Source: an uncultured delta proteobacterium (lineage in GTDB: Bacteria > Desulfobacterota > Zymogenia > Zymogenales > Zymogenaceae). Taken from it: DNA of 64,000 nt. The stretch covers positions 128,001-192,000 of the forward strand of contig CAVTLK010000005.1 in assembly GCA_963735595.1 (NCBI GenBank). Direction: 5' to 3'. This document shows, one piece after another, positions 46,253 to 58,112 of this stretch (position 1 is the stretch's first letter; each line of letters opens with the position of its first letter). The position numbers and the translations under genes were made by a program. The notes under the pieces were generated by a model. It had not been told where the DNA came from. It searched no databases and saw only the letters and a program-made list of their open reading frames with translations.

Positions 46253-47597
46253 CTACGTCAATAACCTTCCGGCCGTCCGAAAGCCCGCTGCATACGTGGC
46301 ACGGACGGCCCGAACGGAAAGGAGCCGCCGGATGATCCTCAACACGGCATTCGGGGGCGTTCTCGTCCGGCCGGTAGCGGATGTCGGCGGGGTCGCCGAT
46401 GAAAAAGCGCGGCTGAAAGAAGCTCTTGGCATACGCGAGGGTGATCAGGGCGATGATGTCCCAGGCGCGCTCCCGCTGGCGCGCAAGGTCCGCGTACCGG
46501 TAGGCCCCCATCGCCATGGTGACCGGCTCGACGAGGTGGTAGACCGCGATCTTGGTGCCGGACAGCTCCCGGGCCGCCCACAGAAGATACATGCATCCGG
46601 TACAGTAGGTGACCAGCCCGTCGGCGTTAACCTGTTCGGCCTGCCTGATCTTGCGTATTGCCCCCTTCATGATTTCAAACGGGATGGCGTGTTTCGGGAT
46701 ATCGGCCGCGCCCCGGCCGAAGCCGCAGCAGTACGAGTAGTCCCGATTGTGGGAAAGCTCCACCAGCTGCGCCCCCGTGTGACTCAGGACCTCCCGGGCG
46801 GCGTCATACAGGGGAGCGCCCTCGGCCTTGGCGTAGCAGTTGTCGTGGACGGCCAGCTTCAGGTTTACCTTTTCGGTCAGCGGAATCTCGCCCTTCTTGA
46901 GGGAGTCGCGCAGCCAATAAGTGAAGGAGGTAAAGCGCGGCGAGTACGTAATCCCGAAGTGCTCCGGGATAAACCGGGTCAGGAGCATCCGGACCGCGTC
47001 GGTGAGGACAACGGTCTCACGATCCCCGTACGCATTCAAGGGCTTCTCCAGCATTCGGGCTATCTTTTCGACCTCCGCCAGGTAGCCCGCCTGTGTCAGG
47101 TAGGCCCCGCATTCCCAATGCCCGATCGGGATCGGTGACGGTAAAACCGTCAAAGAGGGGCGAGTCGGCGATATGGGGGAACAGGTGGCCGTAGTTGCCG
47201 AGGACAAGCGGGCGCTTCCGGGGGCGGTTCTTGGTTGTCGTGCCAGCGGCCGAAAGAGGGCCCGTTCCTCATCGGAGGCCAGACCCGAAAGGCCGCTCCA
47301 GATATTATCCGTCCGATTGGGGCAGACAAAACGGTATATTGCCGGAGCGCCGCGGTCGCGATAGAGCTTTCCCCAGCGTTCGAGGATGAGGAAGTAGGGA
47401 TCGGCCCCGGTCGGGCAGAGGGTGTTGCAGGTAAAACACGACGAACAGCCCGAGAGCACCGCCTGCGCCCCTTTGCCGCGTTCGCCCTCGATCAGTTCGG
47501 CTATCGGCGCGGGCGCGTCCCTTCGTTCCATCGAGAGCTCGGGACAGCCAACGAGGCACAGGCCGCATCGGTCGCAGCGATCGGGATGAAACTTCAC
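46253..47597 (-). CDS. Fe-S protein with ferredoxin-type motifs and CCG domain(s), HdrD/GlpC-like (frameshifted)
   Basis: [43 protein letters not shown] start overlaps the macro-domain stop. Confidence 0.75.
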
Positions 47598-48131
47598 TTC
47601 GTCAGGTCCTTTAACGACCGCCTCATACACCTCGAGATCCACGGCGCCGAACAGCACGAAGCGGACCAGTTCGATCTCCGGGATGATCGGTGAGGTAGTC
47701 CACGACGGTCCTCAGCGCGATCCGCGCGGCCTCTTTGATCGGGTAATTGTAGGCCCCGGTGCTGATGGAGGGAAAGGAGATCGACCGTATTCCCTTTGGC
47801 GGCGGCCAGTTCGAGGCTCTTTCGATAGGCCGAGGCAAGGAGCTTTTCTTCACCCTGGGTTCCCCCGCGGTAGATCGGCCCGACGGTGTGGATAACGTAT
47901 TGCGCCTTGAGGTTGCCGCCCGTGGTGATGACGGCTTCCCCGGTGGGGCAGCCGCCGATCTTCCGGCATTCGGCCATGATCGACGGGCCCCCGGCGGCGT
48001 GAATGGCCCCGTCAACTCCGCCTCCGCCCGACCAGCCGGCTATTGGCGGCGTTTACGATGGCCTGGGTCGTCTCGGTGGTGATATCGCCCTGGACGAGGA
48101 CGATTTTGCTCTTGTTTATCGTTACTTCCAT
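47594..48131 (-). CDS. Macro-domain O-acetyl-ADP-ribose deacetylase (frameshifted)
   Basis: [50 protein letters not shown] across frames. Confidence 0.88.
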
Positions 48132-48335
48132 ACGATACTACTCCGTCTATACTATGTCGTCTGATTTACTCTAATTTGGCCATAAATTATACGCGACGAA
48201 GGGCAAAATAGCAAGCCGGGTGCCTTTTAAGGCTAATGAATTAATATTTTCTTCACCGATGAGATGCTCTGTCATTGACCTCGATAGTCTGCTTTTTGGT
48301 ATCTATTACTATAATCTTGTCTAAGGAGTCAGGTT

Positions 48336-49620
48336 ATGAGCACCAAGAAACGGGTAATCCTGAGAAAATGCGCAACCTATGATCCCGACCGCGTCGATTC
48401 GATCATCAGGGAATCGCTGGCAGACCTCGGAAAGAAACCGAAGGGGAAGGTACTCATCAAGCCGAATGTCGTGTCTGCAAACAAGAACTATATCTTTGAC
48501 TCATATACCCACCCTACGGTAGTCGGAGCGGCGATCGACGTCCTGAGGGAGTACAAGGTCTCCGACATCACGGTGGGCGAGTCGAGTGGGTACGGCATCC
48601 CCTCGCGCCTCTTCCTCAAGGAGGCGGGGTACTTCGACCTCGCCAGGGAAAAAAAGGTCAGGCTTATCGACTTCAACGAGGAGGCCCAGGTTACCATCCC
48701 CCTGAAGAAGGGCATGTGGCACAAGTCGATGATCGCCTCCAGGGCCCTGGCCGAGGCCGACTTCAAGGTCTGGATGCCCAAGCTGAAATACCACATCTGC
48801 TGCACTGTCACCAACGCACTCAAGCTCAACATCGGCATCCTCACCCATAAGGAGCGGATGCTCTACCACGACGATCGGCTCAACGAGAAAATCGTCGATC
48901 TCCTGGAGGTGGGTTTCCCGGACGTGGTGATCTCGGATGCCATCAAAATCACCCACGGGTATGAGTCGGCCCCCAAGCCCTTTGACCTCGGGATGATCAT
49001 GGTTGCCGATGACCCGCTGGCCGCGGACGCCGTTGCGGCCAAGATCCTCAACTTCAAGCCGACCGACGTCATCCACCTGGTAATGGCCTCCGAGCGGGGC
49101 TACGGCTCGATCGCCGATAAGGATATCGAGGTGACCGGGGACGTTTCGGTAGAGGAGCTTGCACAGAAGACCCGGCACATCGTCAGCGAATACCAGGACA
49201 TCCACAAGGTCGACACCCGTATGAAGTTTTACACCGGCGTCGATCCCGACCGGGGACGGGAGTGCTACGGCGGATGCCTTGCGGCCCTCAAGGGGGCCCT
49301 CGGAACGATCGACGCGCGCAGGCCCGGCTCGGTCAAGAACGCCAAGGCCGGCGGTATCGTCATGGGCATCTATAAGGGCGATGTTATCCATCCAAACGAG
49401 CCCGTCCTCATGCTCGGAGACTGCACGCGGGTGGACGGTAAGCTGGAGGCCGGGAAGATCGTACGGGTCAAGGGCTGCCCCCTCGGCACAAAGCAGCTCT
49501 TCCTGATGCTCCCGTTCACCTTCGGTATGAGCAGCCCATTGCTCGATCCCCGTGACGCGATCGCTGTTTATCTACAACTCGGTGATCAAGGCCGGAAAGC
49601 GGCTGGTGAACTGGGTTTAA
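48336..49620 (+). CDS. DUF362-domain Fe-S protein with C-terminal Cys-containing extension
   Basis: VLIKPNVV, THP, GES, PKLKYH, ALKLNIG, DAVAA; CYGGC, GDC, GCP; likely true stop 49618-49620 after a frameshift. Confidence 0.75.
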
Positions 49621-49644
49621 GCCGCGGGAGGCTTACTCCTGCGC

Positions 49645-49725
49645 GTCATTGCGAGGAGCGATAGCGGCGAAGCATCCCGACGGTCACCGAGAACCAGGGG
49701 ATTGCTTCGCTTCGCTCGCAATGAC
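49645..49725. repeat. Palindromic intergenic element GTCATTGCGAG...CTCGCAATGAC, copy 2
   Basis: Same 11-bp terminal inverted repeats and GGGGATTGC core as the copy at 19994. Confidence 0.8.
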
Positions 49726-49882
49726 GGCGGGATTATCGTCGCAGCATTTGTATCCGGCGTCTGTCGGACGTAACGCGGTATAAGGATGCGTGGGTGCTCC
49801 CGTGGAGGCCCTGGAGATGCATGAAGGGTTTCCCGGGAGAGAATCTCTTCCCCGGAGTATTGACTCTCCCTGAGGCTAATCC

Positions 49883-50980
49883 ATGTCCCTTGAAGTCGGC
49901 ATCATCGGCCTTCCCAACGCGGGGAAGTCCACTATCTTCAACGCCCTGACGCGCGCCGGGGCGGCGGTGGCGGGCTACCCGTTTACCACCATCGAGCCCA
50001 ACACCGGCATGGTGACGGTCCCGGACGAGCGCCTGGCAAAGATCGCGGAGATCACGGGCCATACGAAGGTGACGCCGACCGTCGTGGAGTTCGTGGACGT
50101 GGCGGGCCTGGTGCGGGGGGCGTCGAAGGGGGAGGGGCTCGGGAACCAGTTCCTGGGCCATATCCGAAACCTGACGGCGCTGGCCCACGTGGTCAGGTGC
50201 TTCGAGGATGAAAACGTCGCCCACGTCGAGGGGGCCGTCGACCCCCGTCGGGACGTCGAGATCATCGAGACGGAGCTCCTTCTGGCGGACCTCGATACCG
50301 TTTCCCGGCGTATCGCCAAGCAGACCAAGGCGGCGCAGGCCGGCGACAAGGAGGCGCAAGAGGGCGCTTTCCGTCGCCGGAGCCGATCAATGAGCTCCTT
50401 TCGGCAGGCAAACCCGCCTGGGTTACGCGCGCAAGCCCCGAGGACGAGCCGATCTTGACGGAGATGGGGCTCCTGACCGCCAAGCCCGTCCTCTTCGTCG
50501 CCAACATCGACGAAAAGAGCATCCCCTACGGCAACCGTCACTCCCAGGAGGTCGAGGCGCTCGCTCAGGAGCGCAATGCCGACATGGTCATGATCTCCGG
50601 CAAGATCGAGGCCGAGCTGGTCGACCTGCCCGAGACCGAGCGGGCCGAGTTCCTGCGCGAGCTGGGGCTTACCGAGACGGGGCTTGCCCCAGGTGATCCG
50701 GGCGGGCTACCGGCTGCTTTCCCTGATGACCTTTTATACGGCGGTGGGAACCGAGCTTCGGGCCTGGTCGATCCCCGACGGGACGCCGGCGCCCAGGGCC
50801 GCGGGAAAGATCCATACCGACATGGAGCGCGGCTTCATCCGGGCCGAGGTGACGAAGTTTGACGACCTCGTGCGGACAGGCTCCGAACAGAAGGTCCGGG
50901 AAGAAGGCAAGGTCCACGTCGAGGGCAAGGACTACATCGTCTGCGACGGCGACATCATCCGAATCAAGTTCGGCACCTGA
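49883..50980 (+). CDS. ychF: Redox-regulated ATPase YchF (frameshifted)
   Basis: [72 protein letters not shown]. Confidence 0.95.
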
Positions 50981-51152
50981 AACTCTCCAACCGCTTCCTT
51001 TTCGAATTGTACCGCGTTTACCCTCGCCCCCGGTCGTATTAGCTCGAAGAAATCCATATTATCCCGTTAACTGTGAGAAGACTCACAGCATTGTCCTCAA
51101 TCTTTGATAAAAAGGTAAACATACACGCATCATTAATGAAAGGAGGGTATCT

Positions 51153-52073
51153 ATGAGAGAGAAGAAGATAATTCAGGATCTTTTCCGTTACGGCCTTTTT
51201 ACTATTGCTTTCGGCCGGCATCGGGACGGCCGCCTAGCGCCGCGGATATTTCCGGCGACTGGAACAGCACGATCGGCGCCCATTACGTCATAATCCAGAT
51301 GGGAAACCGGATTCCAGTGGCAGGTTCCTGCAAGACGGGAGAAATCGGTGTCGGCAACATCAGCGGGAACACCTGCTCGGCCGGATGGCCGTTTGGATTT
51401 GCCACCGGCAAAATCATAACTCCGATCCGTCGGGATGGGCCATGAAGATCGTCTGGAGCAACGGCGTGGTCTTTACGCGGGGACCCGGCGGCCTGGCCCC
51501 GGACCCGGTAGGTCCCGGACCCGCACCGGGAGGTGACGTCGATTTCAGCTTCGGCCCCAACCCCGCCCGACCCGGGGCCGAGGTATGGCTGGATCTCGAC
51601 AAAAACGTCGGAAACCAGATCCAGGTCTTCCTGAACGGCGTGTTGCTGCCGATCATCAACACCAAGGGTCAGAGCTACGTGATCGTGAAGCTCCCCCTGA
51701 AAGTTACTCCGGGGCCCATCGAGATCGAATACCAGGGCAGGCGCATCCAGTCAAACCAGCCCAAGAAGGTTCTGGAGATTATTCCCGTGGATCTCAGCGG
51801 CAACTGGCGAATCAAGGCCCAGGGCTTTGAATATAAGCTCAACCAGACCCACAGTACGTATACCTTGTCTGGGTCAATCCCGTCGGGCTCATCATTATCG
51901 GTACGGACAAGGGTAATGGGAATACTGTACGACGGCGACCAGATGAACGTCCACTGGGGTGCCAAGCCGCCTTCTATGAGCCTCAACGACGTGGGAACGA
52001 TTATCGATGTCGACCCGAACGGACGGGCCCATAGGATTCAGTGGAACAGCGGCGACGTCTGGAGCGTCCATGA
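51153..52073 (+). CDS. Hypothetical secreted protein with duplicated beta-rich module (frameshifted)
   Basis: AGGAGG RBS, signal-peptide-like segment, DISGDW..IVWSNG and DLSGNW..IQWNSG repeats, Pro-rich linker. Confidence 0.55.
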
Positions 52074-52110
52074 TTATTTCGTAGTTGTGAGGTTCATTGC
52101 GTTATTGAAG

Positions 52111-52146
52111 GCCCCGGCCGCTTATCAGCGGCCGGGGTATTTTGTT
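52111..52146 (+). terminator. Intrinsic terminator
   Basis: CCCCGGCCGC/GCGGCCGGGG stem followed by TATTTTGTT. Confidence 0.65.
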
Positions 52147-52199
52147 GTGAGAGGCATCATCCACTGATGACCGATGGCGACTCGGGGTCGTAGAGGCTT

Positions 52200-52692
52200 T
52201 TAGGGCTCGCCCGGCGAGGCCGGTGCGGGCAGCGTCAACACCATCGGGGACAAACGTAATCCCGTTTACCGTTTTTTCCGAACCCACCGGCACAAAACCG
52301 AGGCGTTTGTAGACGCCCACGGAATTGGGGGACGAATTGACGTCGACGGCCGCGAGGTCGGGACGGTTTTGCCGGCACATCTCGAGCGCCCGCTCGATCA
52401 GCTCCCTGCCGATCCCGCGTTCATGGTGGCCTTTGTCCACGAAGAAGAGGCAGACGTGGTTATTGTCCCTGACCTCGATCACGCCCACGATCCGGTCGCC
52501 GTGTGTTGCCAACAGGGTAAAGTGGTTGGAAAGAAAACGCTCCCTGAGCGAGCGCGGCTCAACGTAGGCGAGGAACTCCCGCACCCCTTCGGGGGGATAG
52601 TGACGTCCGATGAACTCCTCGAAGACCCGGACGATCAGGTCATTGATCTGCGTTTCCTCGCCCGGCCGCATGAGGCGATATGAGATATCCAT
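52200..52692 (-). CDS. GNAT-family N-acetyltransferase
   Basis: LFFVDKGHHERGIGRELI, VNSSPNSVGVYKRLGF; C-terminus frameshifted. Confidence 0.85.
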
Positions 52693-52791
52693 GTCAATTC
52701 CGCTATACCGCCGCCGTATATGCGCGGGATTCGTCCCGGACGCCTCCCTGCCGAATACGGAATCGACGGCGCCGTTCGTCGGGGCGCTCTA

Positions 52792-54155
52792 TCATTTCCC
52801 GAGGATCGTCGCGTCCAATCGGCCCCCTTTTCACCCCTCGCGCGTCTCTTCATAATGAGGTAGTAGGCGACTCCCGTCGCCACCAGAACGAAGAAGAACC
52901 AGAACATGAACCGGTCGGAGTTGAAGAGCTCCATGAAGAGGGCCGCTATGGCGACGGCAAAAAAGAGGATCCCCATGACGACGCACGCGACCAAAAGGCC
53001 GTTGGGGCACCTTGAACTTGGCTCGCCTTCCACGCGTCCGGCATCTTTCGTCTTGAGCATGACCGAGGCGATCATTACCGGCACGAAGATCACCAGCCCC
53101 CCGATCGATGCGTAGATGGCAAAGGACTTTATCGGAATCCCGGAAATGACCGCGATTACCGACAGCGCCCAGATGAGCGTCAGCATATAGATCGGTGTCC
53201 CGAACCGCGGATTGACCCGTGTGAGGACGCCGGGGAGGAGCCCGTCCTTACCGACGATCATCAGTGACTTCGTCCCCCACATGAAGGTGGCGTTAAGCGT
53301 CGTGGCTATGGCCAGGATCGCCCCGCCGATGATGAAGAAATTGAGGGACGCAGGCGAGAGAAAGGCCCGGGCCGATTCGATCAGGGACTTGTCCGCGCAG
53401 GCCTCCCATCCCGTGACTCCCACGGCCACGAAGCTCATGGTAATGTAGATAACGGCAACCAGCGGGATGGAGATAAGGAGCGAGATCGGGATCGTCCGAT
53501 GGGGTTTTTTGATTTCTCCGCCCAGCTCGATGATGGCGTTTGCACCCATGTACGGGAAAGGTGAGGAGCGCCGCCGCGGAAATAATCGAGAGCGTCCCCT
53601 GCGGTGCGGTCAGCCCGAGGTTGATCGTGTCTATGTGGGGAATACCCAGCGCCGTATACATAATCAGAGCGCCGATCATCACGAGGACCATCAGGCCCTG
53701 GACGCTGGGCGGCAAACCTGACCCCAAATATATTGACGACATAAAAGAAGGTCAGGACGAGCGCCGAGAAGAGCGGTACGTTGATGCCCGGGAAGAAGTG
53801 CTTCAAGTACTCGACGAGCGTTACCGCGTAGAGCGGGAAGAAGCCCAGGAAGGCGCCGATGGCGTAGATCCACAGGCCCATGAAGGCCGCGGCGGGCGAA
53901 AAAAGCCGGGAGGGATAGGTATAGTTGCCCCCGACGGTCGGGATCGCCGATCCGAGGAACGCGATCGGCAGCATAAAGAACGCCACCGGGATCAGCGCCA
54001 GCGCGTACGCGACGGGAAGGGCCGCCCCGCAGATACCGATGGCGATGCCGGTCATGGCGAAGACGCCGGCGCCGACGGTCTGGCCCACCTCAATGCCCAC
54101 TACCTCCGGGCAGGCCGAGCACCCTTTTCAGTCCGAGAATTCCTTCTTCCTTCAT
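52792..54155 (-). CDS. APC-family amino acid permease (several frameshifts)
   Basis: GQTVGAGVF, PTVGGNYTY, ELGGEIKKPHRTIP, DGLLP..NPRFGTP across frames. Confidence 0.8.
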
Positions 54156-54359
54156 GGCAAGACCTCATTAAAGTGCAGTGAAGATACCCCGTACGCTGCG
54201 GGGCGAAACGAACGGCACGATTACGGCCGTCACGGAGACGGCAGGGATCGCCGCCGTGTCGGCAAGGCGTCACCGTGGATAGGCGGGCCGGCTTTTAGGC
54301 CTTGACTTAACGCCGCCGCGTGATATATCATGATAGGTAATACTATCATATAGGATGAT

Positions 54360-54639
54360 ATGAAGACAAGACGTATACTCATCATCGCGTCTCTCGTCGT
54401 TTCGCTGGCGGTGCTCTCTCTGGCGGCCTTTGGGAAACGGGGGGTCTTTGCCCTTATCAGCCTCAACGCAGAAGAAAGATAAGCTCACCGAGGAAATCGA
54501 CCGCCTCAAAAGGAGAACAGCGACCTCTCCGCGGAGTTGAAGCGGCTTCGAGCGGCCCGACTATCAGGAGCAGTTCATCAGATCGCGTATGGGAATGGCC
54601 CGGGAGGGAGAAATAATATATATCTTCACCGACGAGTAA
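54360..54639 (+). CDS. ftsB: Septum formation initiator FtsB/DivIC family (frameshifted, absent from ORF track)
   Basis: TM helix, FGKRG, coiled coil (KLTEEIDRLK..ENSDLSAELKRL), YQEQFIRSRMGMAREGEIIYIF*. Confidence 0.75.
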
Positions 54640-54642
54640 GCG

Positions 54643-56509
54643 ATGTTCTGCAATCTGTGCGGGGCCAACATCCCAGACGGCTCCCCCCGGTGTTCGAAAT
54701 GTAAGAACTTCTTCCCCAAGAATCTTGGAGCGTATACCTATAAGGTCATCCTTGTCTCGTTTTCCGACTACACCGCGAAGAAAGAGACCGCAAAGTTCCT
54801 TGCCGCCCGAACGCCCGACGCGACCCTTGGCGAGGTCGTAAAACGCCTCGATTCTCTCCCGCTGGTCATCGCCAAGCGAGTCGACGAAAAAAAGGCGCGA
54901 GAGCTTGAGGAGGCGCTTACCCGCCTGGGCGCCCGAACGCGATTTCGTGCCCCTTCTCGAAAACGAACAGGAAAAGGCCCGGCTTATTGCGGAGCTCAAA
55001 CGGCCCTTGAAACAATCCTATACAGAGGGTAAAGCCATTGCCATTCCCCGGTCGGTTGAACGCCTCGAAACCGAAACAAGGAAGCGTGTCATCGGCGTTA
55101 AATTCACCCTCGGTACCGTAACCGTAATCGCCTTTGTCGTCCTTTTTATTGTCCTTCCCCGGTACTATAATAATTTTTACGAGCGAACAGAAGAATAATC
55201 CGCAGCCGGGCATGGATCAGCCGACCCCCGGGTCCCCCTTCCCGGCGCCGGGCGACGAAGATGGACAGGGAAATATCCCACCCGCCGATATGCCGCTCCG
55301 GGAGACCCCCGCTATTGTCATTGATGAGAGCGCTCTGCCGTCGCAGGACCCGACAGCGGCCGAGGCGCTCTCCCTTTTTCAACGGGGATTCTACGCCGAG
55401 GCGCTGGACAAGTACCTCGAAGCCAGAAAAAAAGATCCCACCGACGATCGGCTTAGAAAAAACGTTGCGCTCTGCTACCTGGCGATCGGCTGGGAGGCGC
55501 TAAACAAGAGATGATCTTGACGAGGCCGAAAAGAACTTCACCGTTTCCCTGACTTACTCCGAGCAATACCAGGCCTATGAGGGTCTCGGCTATATCGCCA
55601 GCAAGAAAGACGATCTGGTGGCTGCCGAGAAGTATTACCTCAAGGCCCTTGAGATTAATCCGCAGGCCGAGGAGGCCAGGCTTAACCTGGGGATCGTCTA
55701 CTATTACCGGGAAAAGCTGGACCAGGCGCCTGGCAAGCCTGACGGAGTATGCCCAGGCCAATCCTTCGGACGAGACGGCAAAATACTATATCGAAAAGAT
55801 TAAGCGCGAAAGCCCCGTGGAAAACGGCCTCGATACCCGGGAAACGGGACATTTTATCGTCAAGTATTCCGGCTCAAACAAGGACCTGGTAGGTGATTGG
55901 CTGCTGCCTATTCTCGAGGACGCCTACGCGGTCGTCGGTGAGAGGCTCGGCTATTACCCCGATCGAAATATTACCGTGATCCTGTATACAGACCAGGAAT
56001 TCAAGGCGGCCACGGATTCCCCCGGCTGGGCCGGGGCAATCTTTGATGGAAAGATCAGGATTCCCGTCAAGGGCGCATCGGACTCCGCCGATCTCCTCAG
56101 GAAGATGGTCATTCATGAATATACCCACGCCGTCGTCTTTGAACTCTCGGGGCAGGGCTGTCCCACGTGGCTCAACGAGGGACTGGCCCAGATTATGGAG
56201 GGGGCCGGTGTGGATGACGCGGATACCGTTGCGATAGACTACGTGAAGCTGAAGGGCCCCACAATACCGTTGAGGAGCCTTGGCGGAAGTTTCACGACCA
56301 TGTCATCCGAAAACGCCTATGGCGCCTATATGATGAGCCTCTCAGCCGTCGATTTTCTCAGGAAAAAATACGGCATGAGTTCTATAAAGGCGATCCTTGC
56401 CGGGATCAAGGAAGGCAAAACCGTCGATCAGGCGATCCAGGCAAGCCTCCTGATTTCTCTTGACGATTTCGTGGATCGCTGGGTCGTCTACCTGCAGAAC
56501 AAACGCTGA
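54643..56509 (+). CDS. Zinc-ribbon/TM/TPR protein with C-terminal MA-clan metallopeptidase-like domain (frameshifted)
   Basis: CNLC..CSKC, TM helix, TPR helices (AEKYYLKALEINP), HEYTH..WLNEGLA. Confidence 0.7.
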
Positions 56510-56565
56510 CGGTCGCACACGGCGGGCGATTGCCCGCTCCTAACCGGCCCGGTGAGAGGTACGGA

Positions 56566-57683
56566 ATGGTTTCTGAAAAAAGCGTGATTCAAAAGGCGTA
56601 CGAGCTCGGGTTTGCGGATGTCGGCTTTACCGGCGCCGATCCCTTCGAATTCCAGAGAGACGTCCTGCGGGAACGTGAGGACGGCTACGCCCCCCTTATC
56701 AGGATCGGGCTGGATCTCGTCGGCGGCACGGACCCGGGAAACGCGCTGGCCGACGCGAAGTCCATTATCGTGCTCATGGAAAACTACTTCAAGGAGTCTT
56801 TCCCCGCTCGATGGAGGGGAAGTTCGGCCGATGCTATCACGACGACGACCGGATGACAAAGGACGGATTATCCCGTCGGGTCAAGGCGTTCAGGGAATGG
56901 CTTAGGGGAAACGGGATTGAGTCCAAGGTCCCGTTCAACCTTTCCCAGCGCCTGGCGGCGGCCCGCGCGGGCCTGGGAGATTTCGGCAAGAACTGCTTCT
57001 TTTACTCAAACAGGGTCGCCCGAAAGAGCTCATGGGTGCTGCCGATCGCCGTGGTCGTTAACCGCGCGTTCGAGCCGAATGAGCCAACGTTTGGGATCGG
57101 GTGCCCCGAATGGTGCCGCAATGCCTGCATAGCCGCCTGCCCCACCCGGGCTATCACTGCCCCCCAGCGGATGGACCCGCGCCGGTGCATCTCTTTTCTC
57201 AGCTACTACGGGGAAGGCCTGACGCCCCGCGATCTCCGCGAGCCGATGGGCATGTGGATCTATGGGTGTGACGTGTGCCAGAACGTCTGCCCGCGCAACC
57301 GCGCCTGGCTTGCCCAGGACCTGCCGCGCAACGCGCGCGCGGCGCAGAAGGCCGCCGATTTCGATCTCTCCCGCATCCTCTCGATGGACCTGACCTTCTA
57401 TCAGACCAGAATCTGGCCCCACATGTTCTACATGCCGGCGGGTGAGACCTGGCGCTGGAAGATGAACGCGGCCCGGGCAATGGGAAACAGCCTTGACCCG
57501 CGTTACGTGCCGGAGCTTGCCCGGGGATTTTCGGAAAACGGGGACGAGCGCGTGCAGGCAATGTGTGCGTGGGCGCTGGGGAGGATCGGCGGATCGGACG
57601 CGCGGGCCGCCCTTGAAGGTTTGCTGCCGGGCGCCGAGGGCGCCGTACGGCAGGAAATCCGGGACGCTCTGGAGATGTGCTGA
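56566..57683 (+). CDS. queG: Epoxyqueuosine reductase QueG-like protein (frameshift near 56805)
   Basis: AYELGFADVG, AAARAGLGDFGKN, CRNACIAACPT, RRCISFLS, YGCDVCQNVCPRN, HEAT-like tail. Confidence 0.8.
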
Positions 57684-57695
57684 GGACAGGAGGAG

Positions 57696-57910
57696 TCAGG
57701 GTCGGATGCGTCCTATCGCCTCATCGGGTTTCTCATGATCCCCCACTTCCCCTTCATTTTTACCCCGGCCAGCCCCGTCAAATTGCATATCGATAACGAC
57801 GGCCCCGCCAACGTCTATATACCCTACCTTGCCGCCCGTTGCCGCCAGCGCTAACCCCTCTGAAAACGGCCCGATCGTCTCGTATATCGGCTCAACGACA
57901 TAAGTCACGG
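57696..57910 (-). pseudogene. Isolated WG-repeat fragment
   Basis: YVVEPIYETIGPFSEGLALAATGGKVGYIDVGGAVVIDMQFD is a single WG-repeat unit with no full protein. Confidence 0.45.
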
Positions 57911-58112
57911 GAGCCCGGCCCTGTTCATGGCCCGAAACCGGGGCGGACGGCATTTTCATACATATTCTTTTCATTTGACGGTTTTTGTGGTCCGGCGTCG
58001 TATAACAAGTGCGCACGAACCGGCACACAAACAGCGATACATACGCGATCCAATAATCATTATTAGGGACATTCTATATAGGAAACACGAAATAAACGGT
58101 ATGGACTATCTG

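Noticed and set aside
46200..57000. Apparent pseudogene cluster (macro, ychF, APC, ftsB, queG)
   Set aside because: The breaks I traced are single-base indels with conserved motifs intact, consistent with a low-coverage long-read consensus; needs read-level checking
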